The notes under the pieces are model-generated. The model saw only the letters and a list, made by a program, of their open reading frames with translations, did not search any database and was not told where the DNA came from. A stretch of 64,000 nucleotides of DNA, taken from a virus. Below, one piece after another: positions 49,756 through 60,505 of the stretch (positions within the stretch are counted from its first letter, which is position 1; every line of letters begins with the position of its first letter). The stretch is taken from the IMG/VR virus record IMGVR_UViG_3300035188_001035, positions 28,963-92,962 of that record, one strand, 5' to 3'. The translations under genes were made by a program, and so were the position numbers.

Positions 49756-50154
49756 TTATATATTAAAATTAATTTGTCCTTGAATAATTCTTGATGCTTC
49801 ACCTCCAGAATTTAATAACTCAATATAATAATAGCAAATTGATTCAGAAATAGATTCCGTAAATGATTCAGGAATATACATCATGATTCTGCTGTTCGGA
49901 GGATCTAGTCTCAATAAAAGATTGCTCGTGGACATATCTAATAGTATTGTAGACGATGTTGAAGTAGGTTTTATTTGTCCACGTAGTGTGTATCCAACGA
50001 TACTCGCACTACCACTGTTCTTACTTAATTGATATGTTATTCTATAACTAGATCCTTTGTTCAGAGATAGGTTTTTGGTTGATGTTCCAAAGCAAGCATC
50101 ATTTTCAGCTGCATTTTCTATTGTATCAAAAATTGTAACACAGAAAGAAGCCAT
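49756..50154 (-). CDS. Ig-like virion protein (BppU-N-like), paralog of 51745-52137
   Basis: KGSSY...YYIELL...RIIQGQI; GGAG SD before ATG 50154. Confidence 0.55.
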   Translation of the reverse strand: MASFCVTIFDTIENAAENDACFGTSTKNLSLNKGSSYRITYQLSKNSGSASIVGYTLRGQIKPTSTSSTILLDMSTSNLLLRLDPPNSRIMMYIPESFTESISESICYYYIELLNSGGEASRIIQGQINFNI

Positions 50155-50165
50155 ATTAATCTCCA

Positions 50166-50666
50166 CTAAATAATGATGTTATTAACTTGATTTATTGATG
50201 TTGCTGATTTTATATTAGATAATTTTTCAGAATACCATAAGCTTATAGATGTTCTGTATTGGCCATATTCTAACATTAATTCAACAAATTCAGAAAACAT
50301 TATAGAATGTGATACACCGTTAGAGTCTATTATATTGGCTAAGTCTGTTATACCCATCTCAGCAGCTTCCTTGGCTAAAATAAATGCACCACTTAATAAA
50401 GTAACATCTTCTGTAGTTATTCCTAATTTCCATCCTAGTGGTGTTACCCACCCATTTTTTAATTTTTTAGACCACGACAGATCTAATTCTGCTATTTTTA
50501 ATAATTTAGCTTGCTCTAGTGGCCAATCATTAATGACTGCATTAATTAAAGTTAATTGTTCTTGATTTGGTTGATTAACATATTCAATTATATAATTATT
50601 ATCTTCTTGTGTTATACCGATAATAGGAACTATATCATTAATTGTTTTATGCAATATATTTAACAT
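50166..50666 (-). CDS. fibre assembly chaperone-like protein (DUF4376-like)
   Basis: Follows fibre-like gene; LEQAKLLKIAEL...IKSATSINQVNNI pattern. Confidence 0.5.
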   Translation of the reverse strand: MLNILHKTINDIVPIIGITQEDNNYIIEYVNQPNQEQLTLINAVINDWPLEQAKLLKIAELDLSWSKKLKNGWVTPLGWKLGITTEDVTLLSGAFILAKEAAEMGITDLANIIDSNGVSHSIMFSEFVELMLEYGQYRTSISLWYSEKLSNIKSATSINQVNNIII

Positions 50667-51730
50667 AAAATAGCTCCTGATAATATGGCTTTGTTGAATG
50701 TAGAAATTGATGATCCGTATTGTAGTATCTGAATATAATGATATCCTAAATTTGTATTAACATAAGTATTAGACGATGTTGATATATTAGAGTGTCCATA
50801 GGGCGATCCTGCGCTAACGTAGATGCCATTAATTATATCAATATTAGGATTGCTAGTCGAATCTAAACCAAGAGCAACAGAAGAGAAATTTGATTCATTA
50901 AAATGATCACTATGTAGAGAAACAGATAAATACTGGTCTATACCACTAATAAATTCTATTCTTGTTATACCAGATGTAGTAATATTTTTATATGGTCTAT
51001 ATGATGATGTAGTATAAGTATGAAGAACAGAATCTGTAGCATAAATTTGCTTAACTATTTTATTACTATTATTCCATACAAATCTTTTCTTTTTACTATC
51101 TTCTGTGGTTGATGTTGATGTTGTTCTGATGGATCCCACATATCTTTTCTTTGCATCGGTAGATAGTACATAAATACCATCTTGTAAAATTAGTGATGAA
51201 TTTCTATTAGAATTATTAAGCCAAGCAATTTTTTCCATAACTAAACTATTACCATTATAATATATAAAAATATCATAATTAGTATCGTTAGTTGATGCTA
51301 ATAAACTTAAAGATAATTCACTAAAAGTATAGTCTGACCACGAAGATGTTGATGAATCATATAATGATAATTTATTACCTAAGTATGGTGTGTAGTATAT
51401 GGTATTATTAGTAATATCGGTATTATAGATAGGATTATTGCTTGCTAAAGATAATCTACCATAAGAACTATAGACTCCTGAAGCTCCAGACACAACAGTA
51501 TTACTATATGATGCTGAACTAATATTAACTATATTAGCTAAAGAATTAACACCAGATACCGTTACAACGGATGGACCAGTTGTACTATTAATGCTAATAT
51601 TACTGGTAGTAGGATAAATATTAGTAAGTGTGTTGATATTAGAAGATGTAGATACGTTTAATAAGCCGCTAGTATTATTATCATCAACATTGATATTACT
51701 GGATTCTGGAGTGATTGTTAATATATTCAT
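50660..51730 (-). CDS. fibre-like virion protein (possible head/neck fibre)
   Basis: Ser/Thr/Asn-rich; GRLSL...IYYTPYLGN...RYVGSIRT...RFVWN. Confidence 0.55.
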   Translation of the reverse strand: MNILTITPESSNINVDDNNTSGLLNVSTSSNINTLTNIYPTTSNISINSTTGPSVVTVSGVNSLANIVNISSASYSNTVVSGASGVYSSYGRLSLASNNPIYNTDITNNTIYYTPYLGNKLSLYDSSTSSWSDYTFSELSLSLLASTNDTNYDIFIYYNGNSLVMEKIAWLNNSNRNSSLILQDGIYVLSTDAKKRYVGSIRTTSTSTTEDSKKKRFVWNNSNKIVKQIYATDSVLHTYTTSSYRPYKNITTSGITRIEFISGIDQYLSVSLHSDHFNESNFSSVALGLDSTSNPNIDIINGIYVSAGSPYGHSNISTSSNTYVNTNLGYHYIQILQYGSSISTFNKAILSGAILC

Positions 51731-51744
51731 TCATATCACACTAC

Positions 51745-52137
51745 TTATATAATTTTTGTAATTTCTGGAACAATAGTCACATTACCTTGTAATAATCGAA
51801 TAACTTCAGGACCACCGCCATTATAAAAATCATTATTAGATACTAATTCCATATCATATTCTGCTGTTGTAAAGTTATATCCTCCTGTAATACTAGCTGG
51901 TATTTTTAAATTAATGATACCACTACTTAAAGGAGATCCAAATTCGAATAAATATAAACCAGAATTGGTGTTTGTAGTAGTAAAAGATAAAGCATTATTA
52001 GAATCTGTGATCCATTGCATTCTAGCATGAGAAAATTGAGATAGATCTATTGGTATTCCACTAGCATTAGTATACTGTATAGAGACACCATATGACGCAC
52101 CTTGCTCGATTACAAAATCATAAGAACCAGCAGACAT
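51745..52137 (-). CDS. Ig-like virion protein (BppU-N-like)
   Basis: YDFVIEQGASY...PIDLS...YDMELV...RLLQGNV. Confidence 0.6.
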   Translation of the reverse strand: MSAGSYDFVIEQGASYGVSIQYTNASGIPIDLSQFSHARMQWITDSNNALSFTTTNTNSGLYLFEFGSPLSSGIINLKIPASITGGYNFTTAEYDMELVSNNDFYNGGGPEVIRLLQGNVTIVPEITKII

Positions 52138-52151
52138 AAAAAATCCTTCAT

Positions 52152-52670
52152 TTAAGAGTAAAAATTATTTCTATATCCATAATTATAAGTTCTTTGACGC
52201 TCAGGATCAAAATCATTACCAACAAAAGGACTAAGAACAGCGCGTATAGCAGTAGCTTCTTTAACATCCCAATGAGAGGTTAGTTCTTCGTAAGATGCAC
52301 AAGAACCACGCTCCAGAATTGTTTGCCAAGCGGCACTTTGTCCGACTACTGACAAGCTGGCTGGTCCAAGAGCAGCGCGTATTCCTTCCATAGCTGCTTT
52401 GGTTCTATATTCACTTTGATCAATAATACAAGCAGCTTTAAGAGCTACTAAACTAATAAAAATAGAATCATTATCTTCTGTTGGATCTGGCGATATAGAA
52501 GGATTGGCAACATCTATCACATAGTTATGATCCAATGATACGTCGAATTGTACATATTTAGCTGAAACAACTATAATTTGTAATATTCTATCATCAGAAT
52601 AAGTTGGGGTTGATCCAAGATCATTAATTAATGTTCTGACCATGATGGGAATTTCTATTTGCCAACTCAT
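52152..52670 (-). CDS. head-tail adaptor protein
   Basis: VRTLINDL...YSDDRI N-terminus; first gene after major capsid. Confidence 0.6.
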   Translation of the reverse strand: MSWQIEIPIMVRTLINDLGSTPTYSDDRILQIIVVSAKYVQFDVSLDHNYVIDVANPSISPDPTEDNDSIFISLVALKAACIIDQSEYRTKAAMEGIRAALGPASLSVVGQSAAWQTILERGSCASYEELTSHWDVKEATAIRAVLSPFVGNDFDPERQRTYNYGYRNNFYS

Positions 52671-52712
52671 AATTTCCCTTTATATTTTGTAAGAAGATCG
52701 AATCATATAGTA

Positions 52713-52719
52713 ATACACC
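52713..52719 (-). promoter_or_regulatory. putative late promoter GGTGTAT
   Basis: Intergenic, directly after the capsid terminator and 43 nt upstream of adaptor gene. Confidence 0.6.
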
Positions 52720-52730
52720 TTTAGACATAT

Positions 52731-52758
52731 AAAAAAAGCCGCCCCGTGTGGAGCGGCT
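52731..52758 (-). terminator. Rho-independent terminator after major capsid gene
   Basis: AGCCGCTCC-ACAC-GGGGCGGCT stem-loop followed by T-run on - strand. Confidence 0.85.
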
Positions 52759-52787
52759 AATTTTAGTTCAAAATGAACAACTACTAA

Positions 52788-53792
52788 TTAGAGTGAGCCT
52801 AATAGAACTCTGCGGTTGTCTAGAACAGCAAAGCCTTGTTCTGCCCAGCCATAGAAACCGGCTCTCTTTTGACGATGGAGAGTATCGTCTTCGAAGATTT
52901 GAACGGCTTCACGAACTGGCATTATAAAGCTATCTCTCTTGCTAAGATCTAAACCAACAACTAGTTCTACGTCGCCTTCTGGTAATGTGCCAGATAGTAC
53001 GTTGTCATAGAATAGTTGATATTCTTGACTCTCGCCTAGCTCATCAAGGTCGTGTAGGTTAACACCGAATACTCTATTAAGAGTACCATCGGCAGCAACA
53101 TAGATCTCACGACGTGTAACTTCATCAACTTGGTCAACACCCCAGTTACGAATATCTTCCATAGCTTCTGGAGATACGTAAACGTCTGTGAGTCGGCCAC
53201 GGTTAGCTGAAGTGGAGTTACCACCACCATTACGACGCATAACGGTCTTCATTAAACTTACAAGACGCTTGGTAAATTGACCAGCATCGGCATCGCTGTC
53301 ATAAACAACAATGTTACGATCAACACCAGCAGCAAGAAGTGTATGCCAGCCATCGTCATTCATCTTTTTGACGAATTGAGCTTCCATAACTTCCATAGCA
53401 CGACCAACAACGTCCCAGCGAGCATCACGAGCATACTTTAAGAGGTAGTCGATGCTAGCACCAATGTCATAGGTTGGAACCATGACATAGTCGCCTTCAA
53501 CATGACGCTCTGGAATATAGCCGTGATTGGGAATTGTGTAAGCAACAAAGTCCTTCTCGGTACCAGGAGCAAGGAAATCTAATGGAAATTCTGGAGTAGC
53601 ACTTTGAGCAAGTTGGATTGGCTCGAAAATACCATTGAGAATATCACCATTTAGAATACCTTGTCGAAGTGGAAGTTCTAGAGCTTTTGCAAACTCTGCA
53701 TTAGCACCTAGGGCCTCTTCTTTATTTAATGAGCCAGAACGAACAAGAAGGTCTGTAAGTTCTGGTGTTGGTTCAAAAGCTTTATTGGACAT
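52788..53792 (-). CDS. major capsid protein (HK97 fold)
   Basis: 334 aa after protease/scaffold and decoration genes; strong SD (AGGGAG); terminator downstream; C-terminal GFYGWAEQGFAVLD. Confidence 0.85.
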   Translation of the reverse strand: MSNKAFEPTPELTDLLVRSGSLNKEEALGANAEFAKALELPLRQGILNGDILNGIFEPIQLAQSATPEFPLDFLAPGTEKDFVAYTIPNHGYIPERHVEGDYVMVPTYDIGASIDYLLKYARDARWDVVGRAMEVMEAQFVKKMNDDGWHTLLAAGVDRNIVVYDSDADAGQFTKRLVSLMKTVMRRNGGGNSTSANRGRLTDVYVSPEAMEDIRNWGVDQVDEVTRREIYVAADGTLNRVFGVNLHDLDELGESQEYQLFYDNVLSGTLPEGDVELVVGLDLSKRDSFIMPVREAVQIFEDDTLHRQKRAGFYGWAEQGFAVLDNRRVLLGSL

Positions 53793-53810
53793 GTTTTTCT
53801 TCTCCCTTAA

Positions 53811-54266
53811 TTAAGCGATGTTGACGGATACTTTGGCATAACCATCGGCATCCTTACCACTTAAGAATGAGCCGATTTGAACAGCATTGGTGCTACTTGT
53901 ACCAATTAGACCACTAGCACCGACATAAGCTGGGGTGCCAACTGTTGGAACAATACCGGATACAAGCATGTTCGTTGTTACTTGGCCGTTACGTAGTACG
54001 GTGACCTTGCCACCAACTTGTACTTCGTCTTTGTGCCAATTAATGTGTTGTCTAGTAAGATCTAGATCAACAACATCATTTAGCAAAACGCCAACTGGTT
54101 TTGAGCCAGAAGCAGCGGCAGCATATGCTACTACAGCATTAGCGTCATCCATAGAAACGCCAGAACCACTTGTTACGGCACTAACTACACCACCTCTTTC
54201 GGCTTCAGTTGTCATGAAGAAAGAGATATCTGTTAATAGTTCGATACGATCTGATTTAAGAGCCAT
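53811..54266 (-). CDS. capsid decoration/cement protein
   Basis: 151 aa, Gly/Ala/Val-rich (PVGVLLNDV, GGKVTVL, AYVGASGLI), between scaffold and MCP. Confidence 0.7.
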   Translation of the reverse strand: MALKSDRIELLTDISFFMTTEAERGGVVSAVTSGSGVSMDDANAVVAYAAAASGSKPVGVLLNDVVDLDLTRQHINWHKDEVQVGGKVTVLRNGQVTTNMLVSGIVPTVGTPAYVGASGLIGTSSTNAVQIGSFLSGKDADGYAKVSVNIA

Positions 54267-54269
54267 TTG

Positions 54270-55775
54270 TTATTCTCCCTTATTAAGTTTTTTACCTAGT
54301 CTAGCACATACAAAATCAACTAATGCTGCGCGTGTTGTATCTACATTTTCTGTATGATCACTGCCAGCACTTAGATCAAGATCTTCAGTATTGGTTTCAA
54401 CATTGTCTAGCGCTTCTTCAGTATTTGTTTCATTACTAGAAGATGCTTTCTTCTCTTCTTTCATAGGCATTTCTGCTTTCTTTTTAGCTGCCTCTGTAAA
54501 AAGTGCGACAAGAGCATCAAAAGTTGAATCTTCTAATGATTCAAATTGATCAACGGTTGAAGCAACTACTTCTTGGTCTATGCCTTTTTCAATAAGAGAA
54601 GCCATTCTTTTCATCTTCTTCTCTTTTTTCATCATTTCTTCTTCTTTATTCTTATAAGCAGCTACAGCTTCTAGAGCGATTTCTAGCTCTGATTTAGCCT
54701 TTTTCATTTCTTCTTCTCTCTTCATCATTTCTTCTTCGCTCATTTTTTTCGCTGCTTCTGTTGTTGAAACTAAAGCATCATAAGCACCCTTGGTGTTTTG
54801 TAGTTCTGTTTCTAGAGCAACAATTTTATCTTTTAGTTCAGCAACTTGTGTGTAGGCTTCTTTAGTGGCTGAAGCACAATCTGTCATAGCTTGTACTTTT
54901 TCTTTGAGATCGGCTACTTCGTTTTCTAGACTCATAGTAATGTTCTCCATGTTATTTGGTCTTATTTCTGATACACCCGAAATATTATTTTTGTTATTTT
55001 TTATATTGGCGATGCTTAAAAAATTATCTTTGGTAAATATTATACTATCAGGATTAGCTGGCTTGTCAACATAACCCTTGCCTGAAAAGGTTATATTTCT
55101 TAAAACTCTGCCAATTTTATGATTATCATATTCGCCCTTACCACCATACGCACGAAGATGTTTGGTAAGAAATGCTGTTTCATTAGATCTAGCTAATATT
55201 TTATATTGTCCAGTTGTATTATCCATTAGACCATAATCAAAACCACTAAACATACATTCCATACTAACATATTTTGTTCCATTTTCAATTTCTGCTATTA
55301 ATTTTTCAGCTCTATCCTTAAGTTCGGGAGTGGTGTAGGCTTTGTAGATGACAGATCCTGTTACGATATGAAACTTATCAGGAAGTTGTTCTGTTGGTGT
55401 TGATGGATCCAACATTTGTCCATCATCATCAATTGGCCAATTAGAAACAATATGACCAATAATAAGATTCTCATTATGTTCTAAATTCGTTGGTTTATCT
55501 TCTGGAGTATTTTTGGCCGCCCAAACTTCTTCTTTACTAAAAATATCATCATTTTTATTCCATGATGAAGATACTAAGATTGATTGTACATAATATAGGT
55601 CTTTATCATTGTAAGAAGCCAAAGAGGATAGTTTTTTATCATCTTGCTCAATACGCAAAGTATTATTGAATGCTTCTGACTCAGAAGGTTGTGCAATAGA
55701 GGCTATGGATATGCTCGCACTAGCTTTGATCAATTCTTCTAAATTATCTGCAATTTCTTGATCATATATTATCAT
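54270..55775 (-). CDS. prohead protease fused to scaffolding protein
   Basis: N-domain NKNDD, NLEH, VSMEC, FSGKGYVDKPANP; C-terminal Glu/Lys/Met-rich coiled coil. Confidence 0.75.
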   Translation of the reverse strand: MIIYDQEIADNLEELIKASASISIASIAQPSESEAFNNTLRIEQDDKKLSSLASYNDKDLYYVQSILVSSSWNKNDDIFSKEEVWAAKNTPEDKPTNLEHNENLIIGHIVSNWPIDDDGQMLDPSTPTEQLPDKFHIVTGSVIYKAYTTPELKDRAEKLIAEIENGTKYVSMECMFSGFDYGLMDNTTGQYKILARSNETAFLTKHLRAYGGKGEYDNHKIGRVLRNITFSGKGYVDKPANPDSIIFTKDNFLSIANIKNNKNNISGVSEIRPNNMENITMSLENEVADLKEKVQAMTDCASATKEAYTQVAELKDKIVALETELQNTKGAYDALVSTTEAAKKMSEEEMMKREEEMKKAKSELEIALEAVAAYKNKEEEMMKKEKKMKRMASLIEKGIDQEVVASTVDQFESLEDSTFDALVALFTEAAKKKAEMPMKEEKKASSSNETNTEEALDNVETNTEDLDLSAGSDHTENVDTTRAALVDFVCARLGKKLNKGE

Positions 55776-57976
55776 TGAATATCTCCATTATTTTCATAAT
55801 CATACACCAATGAGTAAAAATAAGATTTGATATCCTTAATATCGTCAACATTCAAATCTCTATTAAGGCTATTTTTGGTTGAATTTAAAAATTGAAGATA
55901 TAGATTATATGTTTGTTCAGAATTATTGGTCAATGAGGCGAAAGATTTAACAATACTTTCTTCGTTCATGCTAGAGAATGGTGCAGATAAGAGTAGAAGT
56001 TTTGTTCTTATCTTTTCAGCTTCAGAATATTCTTCGTGGGATAAACTACGCATATTTTTCTTTTGATAAAATTCTAATAATATTGGATTAATTATATCAG
56101 AAATTTTTTCTTGGGCCTCATTTGCCCATATGTGTAATTTAGCGCCTGTTTGTGGACTGAAAGTTTTTGTTTTTCTTTGTTTTGAATCCTTAGAGTTTTT
56201 GGGTCTGCCTTGTTGTGGGATACCTTTTAAAGATTCTGGCGAATCTTTAACTGATAATGAATTTTTGGGAGGCATGACTGTTTTCATTTCTAAAGCTGTT
56301 TGTTCGCTAGATTTTTTCTTGGGTAAATCTAGACCCACTTGACTTGGTGTGACAATACCTAATTGTAAAGCAACTTTCTTAAGAGTTTCTTCAATCATAG
56401 GATCATAGAAAGGACCAGACTTTGGTGGAGTTCTATTGGTTTTTCTTTCTCTGTGTTCTCTGTTAACTCTTGTTCTTTCCATATCAGGATCAAATCCGAA
56501 TCTTGATTGGACTACTTCGTCTGAGATAATATTTCTATCTAATAATTGTATGAGTAGTGCCTTTTCAGCATCTTCATTACTAAGATCCATTCTATCAAAT
56601 TCTATTTTAGCTGCGTATTTGAATCCCATAGCTTTCTGTACTATCTCTATTTCTTTTTCCCAAAAACTAACCAGAGTATCTCTACCGTATTGAAGTCTTT
56701 GTGTTAATGTTTTCAAGCTTATAAAATTATTAGTAGTACCAGCAGCACCGAATGTTCCAGTTAATGTAGGAGGGATGCCAAGACCGGCATAAACACTATT
56801 AAGATGTGGCGTATATTTACCTTCTCCAAGAAAATTATGAACTGTAGTTTTACTTTCGATAAGTTCTATATCTGGACCCCAAACAAGATCCATGGTTCCA
56901 CCACCAACATTATTTTGTAATATTGAGGATAGTTTAGCTGCTGCTGCTTTAGTTGGGGCTATCTTATGTTCTAGACTGCCTAATTTAAAAATACGAATAT
57001 TACTAATAGCACCATCTAGGGCTGCCATATCTGCTAATTTTAGTTTTTCTATTACCGTAATATCATCCATGATACTGTAGATCATTGGAAAAGCCCAACT
57101 TTGCCAATCGTCTTTCTTGTAATGAAACACACAGGTTTTTTCTGGATCAAGAGGATATGGTTTTTTGGTTTTTGCTGCTTCTAAAATTTGACTAGGTAAA
57201 CCAGAAACTATAATTTTTTCATTTTCTGTTTTTGGGGAAGCTATGATCTTTCTGAGATTAGATGGTAAAACTAATTCGTATCTTTTCTGTCCAACGAAAG
57301 ACGAAAGAGATCCTGCTGAAACATGAACATAAACAGGATCTATAAAAGTGTACCTCCAAGGTATTTCTCTTTTTTCAACATTAACAATATCAATATCATT
57401 TTCTGTGGTATCAGGAGCTGCCGAAGTTCTAAAAAAGTTTTCAGTAGTCTTTAGGCTTATTTTTGCTGTTTGTCTATTAATAACTATATTACCAGTTTTA
57501 TATAAGTTATTAAGAAATCTTTCGCTTCTTTCTTTACCATTGATTTTTTTAAACCATTTACGATAAAATCTCTCTGTTTTTTTATTTTTACAAACTAGTT
57601 TGATACCTTGTACGGCAAAATCACCCATAAGATCTATAACATTTTTTACTAAACCTACTTTTTGATATATATCATCTGCACGACGAATAATTTCTTTAAT
57701 ATGATTAGGAACAGCTTCGTCATATCTGAAATAATCGTATCCGCCTCTGGTAAGACCAGGGCGACTAGAAATATTAGGTAATATATTGGAAAAATTATTT
57801 ATTCTACCAGAATATCCTGCTGTAGATCTATATAGTCCGTATTCATCTAAACAACCAGCAGTTTGATCTAAAGCTTTTTGCTTACTATCTAAATCGTCTC
57901 CCCATGTAATATAGGCATTTTCGTTAGATAGTACTGAGTTTTCTGTTGATTCGCTTTTTGGATATTTTTTAGCCAT
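55772..57976 (-). CDS. portal protein
   Basis: 734 aa directly after TerL; LVKNVIDLMGDFAVQGI, VYAGLGIPPTLTG. Confidence 0.8.
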   Translation of the reverse strand: MAKKYPKSESTENSVLSNENAYITWGDDLDSKQKALDQTAGCLDEYGLYRSTAGYSGRINNFSNILPNISSRPGLTRGGYDYFRYDEAVPNHIKEIIRRADDIYQKVGLVKNVIDLMGDFAVQGIKLVCKNKKTERFYRKWFKKINGKERSERFLNNLYKTGNIVINRQTAKISLKTTENFFRTSAAPDTTENDIDIVNVEKREIPWRYTFIDPVYVHVSAGSLSSFVGQKRYELVLPSNLRKIIASPKTENEKIIVSGLPSQILEAAKTKKPYPLDPEKTCVFHYKKDDWQSWAFPMIYSIMDDITVIEKLKLADMAALDGAISNIRIFKLGSLEHKIAPTKAAAAKLSSILQNNVGGGTMDLVWGPDIELIESKTTVHNFLGEGKYTPHLNSVYAGLGIPPTLTGTFGAAGTTNNFISLKTLTQRLQYGRDTLVSFWEKEIEIVQKAMGFKYAAKIEFDRMDLSNEDAEKALLIQLLDRNIISDEVVQSRFGFDPDMERTRVNREHRERKTNRTPPKSGPFYDPMIEETLKKVALQLGIVTPSQVGLDLPKKKSSEQTALEMKTVMPPKNSLSVKDSPESLKGIPQQGRPKNSKDSKQRKTKTFSPQTGAKLHIWANEAQEKISDIINPILLEFYQKKNMRSLSHEEYSEAEKIRTKLLLLSAPFSSMNEESIVKSFASLTNNSEQTYNLYLQFLNSTKNSLNRDLNVDDIKDIKSYFYSLVYDYENNGDIQ
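55802..55808 (-). promoter_or_regulatory. putative late promoter GGTGTAT
   Basis: 27 nt upstream of protease ATG. Confidence 0.55.
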
Positions 57977-58014
57977 AATTATATTGATATTGTAATAGTA
58001 TTATAATTGTATTA

Positions 58015-58020
58015 ATACAC
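58015..58020 (-). promoter_or_regulatory. putative late promoter GTGTAT
   Basis: In TerL-portal gap, 39 nt upstream of portal ATG. Confidence 0.55.
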
Positions 58021-60033
58021 TTATTTATATATTCCCATGTATATATCTTCGTTAGCTCCTTCTGTAAACCAACTAGGACCTCTATACATTTGGCCACTAT
58101 TTTCTGTTTTTGGTGATGTTTGTGCGTTTGTTCCTATAATATCATAGTTGATAGGAGTAAGTGTTCTAGTGAGTTGTCGTGCTAACATATTGGCGATTAA
58201 TAATGCACTATATCGGTCTTTTCTTAATTTGCCCTTTTTACCATTTGGTAATTTTAAATCAGGAGTATCCCATCTGTCTCTAGCTCCTGATCCTGTGCTT
58301 GTGGAAGTCATAACTATTGTTGTCAATTCGTTTTTTAGTTCTTCAATCTCTAATATACATTCGCTGGTACTATCGTAAATAGGAGTAAGATCAGCTGTTA
58401 AAATATCTTTATTTTCTTGATCTAAAGCTAGTGCTAAGCTTAGATTATCAAAACGAGGAAATAATAATACTTTATCTTCAAAATCTTTGCGTAGTCCATG
58501 GTTTGCTTGTGCTGTCCAATCTGCTCGTGCAAATTGAACTAATTCTAAAATATGCAATCCTGGCTGATCATCCGTGTCTTTAGATTTATCATTATCTATA
58601 ACCGGCCAGATTAAATTCTCTCCATCTTCTAATTTATCTGGATCGTGTAATGCTTCTTCGATTGCTACGCCACCACCCTGAGCGTCCATTCCTATTCGCT
58701 CACAAGGAAAAACTTTCATTAAATTACGAATTTTCCTAGCACAAAATCCATAAAAATCATGTTCGTTTGATAGTCCTGCTTTTTGTCGTTCTTTAAAGTT
58801 TGTTCGATTCGTAGTCCAACAATATACTATTCTGGTGTGTGTTCCGTGACACTCTAATACTACAATACTAAAATTATCTTTTTCACTAGCAGGGTCAATT
58901 CCATATACATATTTATTCTTAGGGTCACCGTTTGTTCTTACTTCGAATAGAATTTTTTCATCATTTATAATTAATGGATTATCTGGTTTTACAACACAGC
59001 TTTCTATAAGGCTTCGTCTAAAGAATCCATCGCTATCTTCCGTAAAACATGCTGCATATTCCATATTATAAATACCAGTATGAATAGTAGCTTTAGCTCG
59101 TGCTACTTGTTTATCGTCCATGAATCCTTTTGGTATTAATTCATAAGGTATACGAATAATACTATAGTCTCTCCAATTAAAATTATCTGGTACTTCACCT
59201 TTAAAAATTTCTTCAAGTTTATGAATTTCGCCCTTGCTCTCTATAATAGTTTTGTATCTCTTCCAATAACTAGCAAAGTGCTTGAAAGCATAATCAGCCG
59301 TGCCTGCTATTATGGCCTGGTTACCCATTTTGAAACTTAATTCCTCTAAATCACTATTCCATAATCCAGCATCTTTCATGGCTTGTTTTTTAGCTTCTCT
59401 TTTTACGTTTTGAATAGGAGTAGCAGAAACTGCCGCGAAACCTGAAACTACGGTCTCATAAATATCTGGAGAAATTGATGCGAATTCGTCTGCGATGATA
59501 ATGTGTGCTCTTAAACCTCTAATTTTACTACCGTCGCCCATAGGAATAGCAATTGTCCAACTATCTCCGAATCTCATTGTGCATCTATCAACATCTCGAC
59601 GCGGTCCATCATCGTTACCATTAAAGATACTGCGTAAAATGGCACTATTACGCCAAAATGTTTCCATATATTCGAATACTAATTTACTCTGACGAAAAGC
59701 TGCGCCAACCACAACAATTTTGGTTCCTGGAACAAAGATGCATTTAAGAGTACAATACAATGCCATTAAAAAGCTTTTGCCGAAACCACGAGACGCAATG
59801 AACATTGGAAAAGGACGAATCCAGAATTCTTGTAAGATAGCAATTTGTATAGGATGAAGTTCAATATCAAATAATAATTTACATGTTGATCCAAAATTAA
59901 CAGGATTTCTTAGTAATTTTAGAAGATGAATATCTGGCCTTTCGATATCTTGCTCTATCCTATTAATCATAGGATTATTAGATATATTTAGTTGTGATAG
60001 TTCGCCAAGATTTAACCACGCATCTTCATACAT
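58021..60033 (-). CDS. terL: terminase large subunit
   Basis: LHPIQ, Walker A ASRGFGKS, RGLRAH, Walker B IIIADEF, RNase H-like GIDPA, MDAQGGG, KDRYSA. Confidence 0.92.
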   Translation of the reverse strand: MYEDAWLNLGELSQLNISNNPMINRIEQDIERPDIHLLKLLRNPVNFGSTCKLLFDIELHPIQIAILQEFWIRPFPMFIASRGFGKSFLMALYCTLKCIFVPGTKIVVVGAAFRQSKLVFEYMETFWRNSAILRSIFNGNDDGPRRDVDRCTMRFGDSWTIAIPMGDGSKIRGLRAHIIIADEFASISPDIYETVVSGFAAVSATPIQNVKREAKKQAMKDAGLWNSDLEELSFKMGNQAIIAGTADYAFKHFASYWKRYKTIIESKGEIHKLEEIFKGEVPDNFNWRDYSIIRIPYELIPKGFMDDKQVARAKATIHTGIYNMEYAACFTEDSDGFFRRSLIESCVVKPDNPLIINDEKILFEVRTNGDPKNKYVYGIDPASEKDNFSIVVLECHGTHTRIVYCWTTNRTNFKERQKAGLSNEHDFYGFCARKIRNLMKVFPCERIGMDAQGGGVAIEEALHDPDKLEDGENLIWPVIDNDKSKDTDDQPGLHILELVQFARADWTAQANHGLRKDFEDKVLLFPRFDNLSLALALDQENKDILTADLTPIYDSTSECILEIEELKNELTTIVMTSTSTGSGARDRWDTPDLKLPNGKKGKLRKDRYSALLIANMLARQLTRTLTPINYDIIGTNAQTSPKTENSGQMYRGPSWFTEGANEDIYMGIYK

Positions 60034-60505
60034 TGTGCGAATCCTTATTTTTTTCCATTTTATGAATACGCTTCAAAATAGAAGTGGCCATCTGTTCAGC
60101 ATTATCAGAGTCGCCACAAAAAATAACATTAATATGGTGTTCGATTTGTAAATCAATAAGATGCTTCATAATATAATTGGGACTAATTTTAATTTTATTC
60201 CACAATCGTTTGGGTATTGATGATCCTACAGGATACTGAAGAACGCTCTGTAGATTAAATTCTAATAATATGAAAGGATATTTAATTTGTTTTAATCTGT
60301 TAATAACATCTTCAAATCGACTTTCTGTAATATTATTAGCAATCTCAGCAACATTACGTTTTCGTTCTATGGCCACAATATTTTCCAAACCTTGTATGCT
60401 ATAATCCCCGGTATCTAATTTATGATGGGCCGTCGAGTATTCTGAGAATTCCCACGGCTTTTGTTCGCGCGTATCAATTATTATTGTAAAATCGTCATTT
60501 ATCAT
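60026..60505 (-). CDS. ERCC4/XPF-family nuclease
   Basis: IIIDTREQ, LDTGDYS, VAIERK signature. Confidence 0.88.
   Translation of the reverse strand: MINDDFTIIIDTREQKPWEFSEYSTAHHKLDTGDYSIQGLENIVAIERKRNVAEIANNITESRFEDVINRLKQIKYPFILLEFNLQSVLQYPVGSSIPKRLWNKIKISPNYIMKHLIDLQIEHHINVIFCGDSDNAEQMATSILKRIHKMEKNKDSHNV

Noticed and set aside
58021-60033. Intein or intron in TerL, portal or capsid
   Set aside because: Lengths are ordinary; no C...HN intein ends or LAGLIDADG motifs seen
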